Positions 9,748 to 18,495 of a DNA stretch of 64,000 nucleotides are shown in pieces (positions within the stretch are counted from its first letter, which is position 1; every line of letters begins with the position of its first letter). The notes under the pieces were generated by a model that saw only the letters and a list, made by a program, of their open reading frames with translations, searched no databases and had not been told where the DNA came from. The stretch comes from Gammaproteobacteria bacterium (lineage in GTDB: Bacteria > Pseudomonadota > Gammaproteobacteria > Ga0077536): assembly GCA_963662545.2 (NCBI GenBank), contig CAXXLL010000002.1, forward strand, positions 288,001-352,000, read 5' to 3'. The position numbers and the translations under genes are program-made.

Positions 9748-11459
9748 GGTGCCGCCTCCGTTCGAACCCGCCTAGCAGTCTCCACCAACACGGCTCTTCC
9801 ATCTTCGAGCGCGATCACCCGGTCCGCCGCCTCGATCAGCGACGGTTGGTGAGAAGCAGCAATGACGGTGAGATTCTCCGCGAGTTGCCGCAGGGGCACG
9901 CAAATCAGCCGCTCGGTCTCACGATCCAGAGCGCTCGTCGGTTCGTCGAGGATCAGGACTTTCGGCCGGTGCGTCAGCGCCCGCGCGATCGCGATGCGTT
10001 GCCGTTGCCCGCCTGAGATCTGCCCACCGCGCTCGCCGACAACCGTGTTCAGGCCGTTCGGCAGCCGCTCGATGAAATCCCACACGCCGGCCTGCTTGAG
10101 TGCACGCACAGCATCTTCTTCGGTGAGCTCGGGTTCGCCGATGGTGACGTTGTTCAGGATACTGTCGTGTAGCAGTACCGTTTCCTGCGGCACGTAGCCG
10201 ATGAATTTGCGCCACGCCCTGAGATCGATTTCCGCTAGCGGTACGCCGTCGACCCGGATCGATCCGTGCTGCGGTTTGAGCAGGCCGCAAAGTAGATCGA
10301 GCAGGGTGCTTTTCCCCGCACCCGAGGGCGCTGTGAGCACAAGCAGGGACCGGGCCGGGATTTTGAAATCAAGACCGTCGAAGACGCGATGTTCGCCATA
10401 TGCGAAAGCGACATCATCGAGGTGAATTGATTCATCAATAGTCGGTGTCTTCGTCCCGTTCGCTGTCTCACCGGCCTTGAGTGCCTGCTCCACGGTTTGG
10501 CGCAACGCCCAGTAAGCGCTCTCCTGAGTCACTACCCGCTGATACTGGCGTTGCGTCTTGTTGACCAGGCCGAGCAGGCGCACGAGGATGAACACGAGCA
10601 CCATGACCTCGGAAAGCTTGAGCCCCCACATCGACAAAGCGAAATAAAGCCCCAAGGCAGCCAGGGTTGCGAGTATCGGTTCCTGGAGCGCGCGAAGGGT
10701 CTCACGGCTCATCACCTCGCGCCGCGTAGCATGCTCCAGATCCCCGGTCTGCCGTTTGAGTATGGTTTCGGCTGCGTGATCCCGCGCCATCGCCTTGAGC
10801 GGCTTGACCGATCCCAGCACGTCAGTCAGGTAGGACAGCAGTTCGCGATTGAGCTGGGTCTGCTTAAGACCCGCGCGTCGCGCGATCCTGAGCAGCGAAT
10901 GCAACACGAGGACGAAGATCGCACCGATTGCGAGCGCGGCGAGCGTCGCCGGCCAGGACACCATCAACGCGACGATGGTGTAGACGCTCACCTGCAGGAG
11001 AAGGGATATGACGCGGGCGCCCCATTCGAAGCCGGTCGCAGCCCGATAGGCCTCGGTCGCCACGGAATTTGCCAGCGCACCGGTTCGCTGCTTGACGAAG
11101 TACTGCCATTGACTGGCCAGCAATGCGTCGATCAGGGCGACGCGGAAATCCGTTGCGATACGGGCCACGGTGTAACCGACCTGGCTGTTGGCGACGAGCA
11201 CTAACAGGCTCTTAATGGCAATACCGCAGACGATGAAGACGAGGATGGCGCCGACGCTCGGTTCGATACCAAGCTGCCGGAGCAGTTCCAGCACGATATC
11301 GTTGATGCCGCCTTTGACGGGTTCCCCCGTCGCTACTGACAAGAGCGGCAACAAGGCGGTCAAGCTCAATCCTTCGGCGGCACCGGCGACGATCAGCGCT
11401 GTCAGCATGAGTGCGCTGCGCCCGGGGTAGGTTCGCAGCAGTGCGAACATCGTGTTCAT
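9744..11459 (-). CDS. ABC exporter, fused permease and ATPase (MsbA/PglK-like; probable glycan flippase)
   Basis: N-terminal TM domain; Walker A APSGAGKS, ISGGQRQR, ILDEPTSALD; inside a glycan locus. Confidence 0.85.
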   Translation of the reverse strand: MNTMFALLRTYPGRSALMLTALIVAGAAEGLSLTALLPLLSVATGEPVKGGINDIVLELLRQLGIEPSVGAILVFIVCGIAIKSLLVLVANSQVGYTVARIATDFRVALIDALLASQWQYFVKQRTGALANSVATEAYRAATGFEWGARVISLLLQVSVYTIVALMVSWPATLAALAIGAIFVLVLHSLLRIARRAGLKQTQLNRELLSYLTDVLGSVKPLKAMARDHAAETILKRQTGDLEHATRREVMSRETLRALQEPILATLAALGLYFALSMWGLKLSEVMVLVFILVRLLGLVNKTQRQYQRVVTQESAYWALRQTVEQALKAGETANGTKTPTIDESIHLDDVAFAYGEHRVFDGLDFKIPARSLLVLTAPSGAGKSTLLDLLCGLLKPQHGSIRVDGVPLAEIDLRAWRKFIGYVPQETVLLHDSILNNVTIGEPELTEEDAVRALKQAGVWDFIERLPNGLNTVVGERGGQISGGQRQRIAIARALTHRPKVLILDEPTSALDRETERLICVPLRQLAENLTVIAASHQPSLIEAADRVIALEDGRAVLVETARRVRTEAAP

Positions 11460-11546
11460 AGGATTGGAAACCCTGGTTGACGGCAGCGGCAGCTCACCGA
11501 GGGGCTTTCCGCGGTGTCGCTTGTGATGCTCGTGGCCGTATGCTCG

Positions 11547-12704
11547 TTATTCCCCGGCCTTCGCTGCGTAGATCCGATCGCAGGCTTCCCTTACCGCGCC
11601 TTCGCCGCCGGGACAAGAACAGACATGGGCGGCAGCCGCCTTGATCTGGGCAACGGCGTCGGATGGACAAAAGGATGCGCCGACGGCCGATAGGCACTCC
11701 AGATCGCCTAAATCGTCCCCGATGAAGGCGACCTCGTCAAGGCTGACGGACCAGGCAGCGGCCTTGTCCTCGAGCAGAGAAAGCTTATCGCTTACCCCAG
11801 CGAAGTAATCCGAAATACCGAGCTTTTTCATGCGGGCCGCGGTGGTCGGGCTGTCTTCGCCGGTCATGACGCAGACGCGCACACCGACGTCACGCAGGCG
11901 TTCGAGGCCTTTGCCGTCGCGGGTGTGGAATTGCTTGAATGCTTCCCCGTCGGGACCGTAGTACATCGAACCATCGGTCAGGGTGCCGTCGACATCGATG
12001 ACGAAGATCTTGACTCGATCTAAAGCCTCGATCAGCGACTCGGTGCGCAAGCGCTTGCGTAAGGCGGTCTCGACAATCGGCCAATCCGTCGGGTCATCGA
12101 GTTCCAGTTCAGTGTCCGCAGGCATGACATGAATACCGATCCGGCCGCCGAGCCGGCATCGCTCTTGCGCGAGAATGCCGGCCGCGGTGAAGTAGAACGC
12201 CCCGTTCTCGATGTAGGAGCCTTCGAAATCCTGGCGCCGCGGCCGTGACTGCGGCGCGTAGTTCAGGGCTTTGGCGTCGGCGCTCCAGATGAACCGCTTC
12301 GACCGGACGGCGCTCAGCAGAGAATCCAGGGTTTCGGATTCGAATTGCCTGCGGGCGCTGATAAAGTCCTCAGCCCGCGTCAGCGGCGAGGTCGCTTGGA
12401 TCAGGCATAGTACGTCGAACTTCACGCGTTGTTGAAACTCCAGCATCACCGCTTCCGTGCTGGCCGTATCGGATGCCGATTCGGCGGAGCGATCGATGAT
12501 CTCAATGCCGGTGGGGAACTCGCCGGCGACGGTTCGTCGCACCCGGTCCGAATCGGAGGCGACGTAAATGTCGTCGAAGACCTCGGAACTTACCGCCTCG
12601 CCGAGGCTCCAGGAGAACAGCGGCCGGCCGGCCATGAGCCGAATGTTCTTGTCTCGGATGGATTTCGACCGCGCGCGCAATGGCATGAGCGCGACCCATT
12701 TCAT
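11547..12704 (-). CDS. Acylneuraminate cytidylyltransferase fused to a KdsC/YrbI-type HAD phosphatase
   Basis: PLRARSKSIRDKNI, QATSPL, RPRRQD, ENGAFY; C-terminal DVDGTLTDG and GDDLGD. Confidence 0.9.
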   Translation of the reverse strand: MKWVALMPLRARSKSIRDKNIRLMAGRPLFSWSLGEAVSSEVFDDIYVASDSDRVRRTVAGEFPTGIEIIDRSAESASDTASTEAVMLEFQQRVKFDVLCLIQATSPLTRAEDFISARRQFESETLDSLLSAVRSKRFIWSADAKALNYAPQSRPRRQDFEGSYIENGAFYFTAAGILAQERCRLGGRIGIHVMPADTELELDDPTDWPIVETALRKRLRTESLIEALDRVKIFVIDVDGTLTDGSMYYGPDGEAFKQFHTRDGKGLERLRDVGVRVCVMTGEDSPTTAARMKKLGISDYFAGVSDKLSLLEDKAAAWSVSLDEVAFIGDDLGDLECLSAVGASFCPSDAVAQIKAAAAHVCSCPGGEGAVREACDRIYAAKAGE

Positions 12705-13582
12705 TTGGCGAAATGCGTTCCGGGGAGGCGCTTCAACTTGTCGCGCTGCACCTGTTCGATTTCGAGAATCGGTACATTCTTGTACGCAAGCGCCATGGTC
12801 ACCGCATGAATGTCGCGCACCAGCCGCCGGAGCCCGTCGGGCTCCAGCGACGCCGCGTGATCAGTACCTTTCCACGTTCGATCAATCGTGAAGTGGCGTT
12901 CGACCCAGGCAGCACCCAAGGTGACTGCGGCGATGTCCACCGCGATTCCCAGGTGATGTCCCGAGAAGCCGATAGCGGCAATCTTAGAACCAAATGCCTC
13001 TTTTAGACGTTCGATTTCGAGTAGGCAGACGTCCTCATGCGGGACTGGATATCCTGAAGTACAGGCGTAAAGGACGACCCGATCCAAGGCACCGAGCCTG
13101 TCGAGTAATTCCACGATCTGGCTTTGTTCGTCGGGCGCAGTCATGCCGAGCGACACGTGAATGCCGCCGTCAAAATCCGTGGCAAGGCATTCGAGCAGGG
13201 CGCGGTTGAGATTGCAGGCGGACGGTACCTTCACGAAATCGGGCTCGAGCGCAGTGATTTCCTCGGCCGAGCGGCGGTCCCATACGGAGGATGAGTAGCC
13301 GACACCGATTTCCCCGCACCATTCCATCAATTGGCGATGTTCATCGGCCGTCAACTCGAGATACTCGCGATGCTCCCCATAGCTTGGGCCGAAGCTGTTC
13401 GCCGGGACCGGATGGGGCGCAGCGTATTCCGCCTCGGTCAACAGCTCGCGGTTCGATCGTTTCTGGAATTTGACGTAATCGGCCTTCGCGAAATCGGCAA
13501 CCGTCTCGATCATCTCGCGCGCGATGCGCATCTCGCCCATGTGGTTGCAGCCAATTTCGGCAACGACTTTAGGGATCTGCAT
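12701..13582 (-). CDS. Nonulosonate(-9-phosphate) synthase, NeuB family, short form without SAF domain
   Basis: AEIGCNHMG, VKFQKR, CTSGYP, GFSGH, ERHFT, DHAASLEP; 293 aa. Confidence 0.9.
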   Translation of the reverse strand: MQIPKVVAEIGCNHMGEMRIAREMIETVADFAKADYVKFQKRSNRELLTEAEYAAPHPVPANSFGPSYGEHREYLELTADEHRQLMEWCGEIGVGYSSSVWDRRSAEEITALEPDFVKVPSACNLNRALLECLATDFDGGIHVSLGMTAPDEQSQIVELLDRLGALDRVVLYACTSGYPVPHEDVCLLEIERLKEAFGSKIAAIGFSGHHLGIAVDIAAVTLGAAWVERHFTIDRTWKGTDHAASLEPDGLRRLVRDIHAVTMALAYKNVPILEIEQVQRDKLKRLPGTHFAK

Positions 13583-13644
13583 AAAGGCATTACCTCGCGT
13601 AAACGCGGTTTGTCACTTTATCACCCGGACGATCCGCGCGCGTT

Positions 13645-15024
13645 TCACGATCGCGCGACGCGGAAGACGTGCTTCGAAAACTGTTGCGCCTCGACGCCGT
13701 CGAATCGGCCGAGGAGGCGCCCGAGCCGGCCAATGCGCCCGTTGATCTCGGCGGCGGAGATGTCCGGAAACCGATGCGCATGGTACCGCGCGCTGTTCCA
13801 ATGATCGCGGCGCAGCATATTGAATCGCTTGATCATCGTACGCGCGCCCGCGGTGAGGCGTCCTTTCGCTCGTTGCACGAAAGGCGGGGAGGGTGGCTTG
13901 CTGTCGCCATATCCCGCTTTATTCAGTACCACGATGATGCGTTCGGCGGCGAGCGGGCCGGTCACGCCGGCCAGGTGCCGACCGAAGATCCTTTGCCGCT
14001 CGGTTTCGTCGATCAGTCCCCTACGATCGTCGATGATGGCCTGCACGTAATCCCTCACTTCGTCCAGTTCGAAAGCGCGATGGCTCAGCGAATTCGGCAG
14101 GTGGTAGTCATAGCATTCGGATTGCACGGGCTGGTAGCTTACGGAAGGACGGTCTAGCACCGCGGCCTCGACGGCGGTCGTACAGCCGTTGTGAACGAGG
14201 ACGCGGCTTGCCATCAACCATGGCACGACGGTGCCTTCGTGATTAATATGCACGTTAGGATCGTCATTCACGATCCGCCGCCATACCGCGTGGTCCTCGG
14301 ATGGATGCGGTCGCACGACGATTTGATGGTCCGGGAACCATTTTCCGAGCCTCGATACCAGCGTTTGAAAGTGTTCGAATATCTGCTGTTGATGCGCCGC
14401 CATCCCAATCGCGAACGCTTGGCTCATCCCGCTGCCGGTACGGCTGACCGTCGGATTCATGCCGGCTCCCGTCTGCACCAATGCGAGTTTCTTCACGAAC
14501 GGGTTCACGAAGGAAAAATTGGTGTTGACTAGAATGAAATCGCCGAACCGTGCTCGGAGCTGCTCGACTTCGTCCGCAAAATATCCGCGCACGTCCCGTC
14601 GCAGCAAGTCGGCCCGCGGATTGCCGGTGACGTATACCTCAGTCGATTTGTTGCCGGGATAACCATTGAACATTTCCGCATCATCCTCGCCCCAGGCGAA
14701 CAAATGGCGGATGAAGCTGAATGTCGATGCCGAAAATCGCCAGGTGCAGTACTCGGGTGACGCGTATCGCACCAGGCTCTCCTCGTCCCAGGCGACGATG
14801 TCGTTACCGAGCGAACGGATGATATCGAACATCAAGGTACTTCGGGCGCGCATGCTTTTGGCGATGAATACGCCGCGCTCGATGCGTGGCATCGAGAAAT
14901 AGAGGTACTGCCTCGAGCCCAGGACGCTTGAGAAGCCGTGCTCCGCGGCGACGCAGGCAAACAGCAGTTTCGCATCGAGTTCGCGCACCTGGTTTTCGAC
15001 TGGAATGATCAATGTCGAGGTCAT
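13645..15024 (-). CDS. Surface carbohydrate biosynthesis protein (TIGR04396-like), paralog 1
   Basis: PVENQVRELDAKLL, WDEE, TGNPRADLLR, ILVNTNF, RPHPSED, HNGCTTAVEA; start set by alignment with paralog 2. Confidence 0.8.
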   Translation of the reverse strand: MTSTLIIPVENQVRELDAKLLFACVAAEHGFSSVLGSRQYLYFSMPRIERGVFIAKSMRARSTLMFDIIRSLGNDIVAWDEESLVRYASPEYCTWRFSASTFSFIRHLFAWGEDDAEMFNGYPGNKSTEVYVTGNPRADLLRRDVRGYFADEVEQLRARFGDFILVNTNFSFVNPFVKKLALVQTGAGMNPTVSRTGSGMSQAFAIGMAAHQQQIFEHFQTLVSRLGKWFPDHQIVVRPHPSEDHAVWRRIVNDDPNVHINHEGTVVPWLMASRVLVHNGCTTAVEAAVLDRPSVSYQPVQSECYDYHLPNSLSHRAFELDEVRDYVQAIIDDRRGLIDETERQRIFGRHLAGVTGPLAAERIIVVLNKAGYGDSKPPSPPFVQRAKGRLTAGARTMIKRFNMLRRDHWNSARYHAHRFPDISAAEINGRIGRLGRLLGRFDGVEAQQFSKHVFRVARS

Positions 15025-15063
15025 TGGGGGCTCATGGACGTTTTGATAATCACCTGGCGGTTT

Positions 15064-15129
15064 ATTCGCCCGCAAGCGGGCTCCTACGGTGCCGGATGGA
15101 TCTTCCTAGGGACCCGCTTGCGGGCAAAT
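15064..15129. repeat. Inverted pair of GTAG-type REP-like palindromes
   Basis: ATTCGCCCGCAAGCGGGCTCCTAC (15064-15087, reverse complement GTAGGAGCCCGCTTGCGGGCGAAT) and degenerate CTAGGGACCCGCTTGCGGGCAAAT (15106-15129). Confidence 0.7.
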
Positions 15130-15293
15130 CGGATTCTATCGCACGTGCGGTTTTAAAGCCGGCATTGGGCGAATTTCAACCGGCCAATAACGCCGTCTTA
15201 ACCTCGAAAGAGAATGATTGGGGGGATGCCGGCACGCGCCGCCGATTGGGGTGAGATTTGTTGAAAAATAGCCGATGTGATAAACAGTGGCGC

Positions 15294-16670
15294 ATGTCCA
15301 AGCCGCTTTTGATCCTGCCGGTGGAAAACCAGGTGCGCGAACTCGACGCAAAGCTGTTGCTGGCCTGCGTGGCCGCGCAAAACAACTACCGCTGCCTCAT
15401 CGGTTGGAAGGGCCTGATCGACGCCCGTATCGGCCGTTTTCCGCCGAGCGTCTACCTGGCGAAATCGATGACCCGCCAAAATCTGAAGATCCTGCGCATC
15501 AAGCGCAAACTCGGGCATCAAGTCGCGGCCTGGGACGAGGAAGCGGTGGTTCATTATCCGAAGGAGATTTACTACGCTCGGAGAGTGGGCTCGGAATCGC
15601 TGAAACTCATCAATTTGTTCATCGCTTGGGGCGAGGACAACCGGGCACTGCTGGAAGCGCACCCGGATTTCAACAGCGCGCCGATCCACGTACTCGGCAA
15701 TCCACGCTCAGATCTGCTGCGCCCCGAATTTGGAGATTTTTATTCCGAGCAGGTTACGCGACTTAATTACGAGTACGGTGATTTCATCCTAATCAATACC
15801 AACTTTGGATCAGTCAACGGGTATTCGGACAAGTTGAACCTGCTGCGACAAATTAATGGTGATGCCGGCGAATGGGTGATCGGCCGCACCGCAGTAGGCA
15901 TGCCGCCCGACTACGCGCGCGGCCTGTTCCACCACCGTTCGGAGGTGTTCCGTGAGTTCCAAGGGCTGGTCAAGCTGATGGCGTCGTCCTTCCCGGCGCG
16001 CAGGATCGTACTGCGGCCCCATCCGGCGGAGGATCACGGTTTCTGGCGGCGCTGTTGCGCGGAGTTTGACAACGTTGAAGTCAACGCGGAAGGCAATGTG
16101 ATTCCCTGGTTGCTCGCGGCCGATTGCCTGGTGCACAACGGCTGCACGACCGCGGTCGAAGCCTATCTGTTGGGCACGAAGGTCATTTCTTTCGTGCCCC
16201 TGAACGATGATCGTTACGAATTCGAGCTGCCGAATGACTTGGGGGACCATGCCGGTTCGGCATTCGAAGTGATAGAAAAGATCGGCGCCGTTAGCGTGCA
16301 ATCTTCCGAAGCTTGCGGCGTGAAACGCGAACTCGTATCATGCTATATCACTTCGCTGGAGGGGACGCTGGCTTCGCAGAAGATCGTCGATGTGCTTACC
16401 CGGCATTTCGACGTCGATCTCCACCCACCGCCGACCATGACCCGCGTCGCCGGCATCGTTCGCGCGGAAGTCAGGGCGGCCAAGAAACGTCTGCAGCGGA
16501 TGATGGGGATCGCGCGTTACGATCGCTCCTTCATGCGGCAGCGTTTTCCGCAAATCTCGTTGGAGGAAGTACAGGACAGGGCCGATCGCCTGACGCAACT
16601 GATCGGCGGCGCTCACCCGGTGCGGGTGTTGTTGCGCGAAGATGATTTGTTTGAAACCTACGCCGTTTGA
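15294..16670 (+). CDS. Surface carbohydrate biosynthesis protein (TIGR04396-like), paralog 2
   Basis: Same motifs as paralog 1: PVENQVRELDAKLL, WDEE, GNPRSDLLR, RPHPAED, HNGCTTAVEA. Confidence 0.8.
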   Translation: MSKPLLILPVENQVRELDAKLLLACVAAQNNYRCLIGWKGLIDARIGRFPPSVYLAKSMTRQNLKILRIKRKLGHQVAAWDEEAVVHYPKEIYYARRVGSESLKLINLFIAWGEDNRALLEAHPDFNSAPIHVLGNPRSDLLRPEFGDFYSEQVTRLNYEYGDFILINTNFGSVNGYSDKLNLLRQINGDAGEWVIGRTAVGMPPDYARGLFHHRSEVFREFQGLVKLMASSFPARRIVLRPHPAEDHGFWRRCCAEFDNVEVNAEGNVIPWLLAADCLVHNGCTTAVEAYLLGTKVISFVPLNDDRYEFELPNDLGDHAGSAFEVIEKIGAVSVQSSEACGVKRELVSCYITSLEGTLASQKIVDVLTRHFDVDLHPPPTMTRVAGIVRAEVRAAKKRLQRMMGIARYDRSFMRQRFPQISLEEVQDRADRLTQLIGGAHPVRVLLREDDLFETYAV

Positions 16671-16721
16671 ACCCTCGATGGCCTCTACCCGGCTCCTCTG
16701 CGCACGAAGGGATTCATCCGC

Positions 16722-17453
16722 TTGACCTGGGACGGGTTATCCGCACTCGTGATCGTGCCCGCCCGCGGGGGAAGCAAGGGCATTCGGCGAAAGAATCTCT
16801 GCCGAGTGGGCCCGCGCTCCCTGATCGCCTGGGCCGCGCATACGGTTTCCGAATTATCCTGGATCGATGGCGCTGTGATCTCCACCGATGACAGCGAAAT
16901 GGCCGAAGAGGGACGGAAACACGGACTCGAAGCGCCGTTCATGCGACCTGCCGAGCTTGCGTCCGATACCGCTAGCTCGGCCGAATTATGGCGGCACGCC
17001 TGGTTGGCAAGCGAAAATCACTTCGGGCGGCGCTTCGATCTGTCGATTTTGCTGCAACCGACGACCCCGTTGAGAAAAACCCCGGATGTGGAGCGCACGG
17101 TAAAGGCCATGGTCGACGGGCGTCACCGGGCGGCGGCGACCGTCAGCCGGACGCCGGGTCATTTCACGCCGCAAAAATGCCTGGCGCTGGACGAAAAAGG
17201 CGTTCTTGCGTTCTATCATGAACACGGCGCCAGCTACGCGGCGCGCCAGACGATTCCGGCGTATTATCACCGCAACGGCGTGTGCTACGCGGTGATGCGC
17301 GAGACTCTTATCGAGCACGGGCATATCGTCGAAGACGATTGTCTGGCCGTTATCATCGACGAATACGTCGTCAACATCGACGATCCGATCGAGCTGGAAT
17401 TGGCCGAATTCATGCTGTCGCGGGACATTACATTAGGAATCGATTCATCGTGA
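16722..17453 (+). CDS. Acylneuraminate cytidylyltransferase (NeuA family)
   Basis: PARGGSKGIRRKNL, FMRPAELASD, LQPTTPLR, RNGVCY, NIDDPIELELAE. Confidence 0.9.
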   Translation: MTWDGLSALVIVPARGGSKGIRRKNLCRVGPRSLIAWAAHTVSELSWIDGAVISTDDSEMAEEGRKHGLEAPFMRPAELASDTASSAELWRHAWLASENHFGRRFDLSILLQPTTPLRKTPDVERTVKAMVDGRHRAAATVSRTPGHFTPQKCLALDEKGVLAFYHEHGASYAARQTIPAYYHRNGVCYAVMRETLIEHGHIVEDDCLAVIIDEYVVNIDDPIELELAEFMLSRDITLGIDSS

Positions 17454-18487
17454 CGGACAGCTGGCTTCATCATCCCCGAGCGAACGCACCCTGCGCGATC
17501 ATCGCCGAAGTCGCACAGGCGCACGACGGGAGCCTTGGCATGGCGCACGCGTTCATCGACGCCACCGCGAACTGCGGGGCCGATGCCGTCAAGTTTCAAA
17601 CCCATATTGCGGCCGCCGAAAGTACCGCAGAGGAACCGTGGCGGACGCGGTTCACCAACCAGGATGAAACGCGCCTCGACTATTGGCGCCGCATGGAGTT
17701 CGCCGAGGCGCAATGGCTGGAACTCAAGGAACACGCGCTGGAACGGGAATTACTGTTCTTGAGTTCGCCTTTTTCCCACGAGGCCCTGGATCTGCTCGAT
17801 CGCGTCGGCGTGGCTGCCTGGAAGGTGGCTTCCGGCGAGACGAACAACCATGCGCTCATCGATGCGATGGCCGAGACGGGGCGGCCCATCATCCTGTCCA
17901 CCGGCATGAGCACCTTGAGTGAGATCGATAAGATCGTCGACCGCGTAGGCGGCCACGGTGTCCCTCTCGCGGTACTGCAATGCACCTCCGCGTATCCTTG
18001 CCCACCGGAACGAGTCGGTTTGAATCTCATCGCTGAATTTCGCGAACGCTATGGCTGTGCGATTGGCTTGTCCGATCATTCGGCGACCATCTACCCCGGC
18101 TTGGCGGCCGCCGCCGAGGGCATCGACGTACTCGAAGTTCACCTGACCCTGAGCCGCGAGATGTTCGGTCCGGACGTCGCCGCGTCGGTGACGCCGGATC
18201 AGCTGCGCCAGCTCGTTGAGGGGATCCGCTTCATCGAGACGATGCGCGCGCACCCGCTCGATAAGCAAGAACTTTCGGCATCCGTCCAGTCGCTGCGGGA
18301 CATCTTCACGAAAAGCGTAATGGCCAGGTCGGACCTGTCTGCGGGTACGGTGCTCGAAGCGCATCACCTCGCGGCGAAAAAGCCCGGCACGGGAATCCCG
18401 GCAAATGAACTGCCGCGTCTGATCGGGCGCCGGCTCAAGCGCGACGTCGGTTTCGATCACCCCTTGTCGCATGACGATCTCGAATAG
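17450..18487 (+). CDS. neuB: N-acetylneuraminate synthase family protein with C-terminal SAF domain
   Basis: IIAEVAQAHDGS, DAVKFQTH, KVASGE, CTSAYP, GLSDHS, KKPGTGI; GTG overlaps the upstream stop. Confidence 0.88.
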   Translation: MTDSWLHHPRANAPCAIIAEVAQAHDGSLGMAHAFIDATANCGADAVKFQTHIAAAESTAEEPWRTRFTNQDETRLDYWRRMEFAEAQWLELKEHALERELLFLSSPFSHEALDLLDRVGVAAWKVASGETNNHALIDAMAETGRPIILSTGMSTLSEIDKIVDRVGGHGVPLAVLQCTSAYPCPPERVGLNLIAEFRERYGCAIGLSDHSATIYPGLAAAAEGIDVLEVHLTLSREMFGPDVAASVTPDQLRQLVEGIRFIETMRAHPLDKQELSASVQSLRDIFTKSVMARSDLSAGTVLEAHHLAAKKPGTGIPANELPRLIGRRLKRDVGFDHPLSHDDLE

Positions 18488-18495
18488 GGCGCACA

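Noticed and set aside
15025-15293. Invertible promoter switching the two glycan arms
   Set aside because: The only inverted repeat encloses just 18 bp and looks like a REP pair; no recombinase is nearby.
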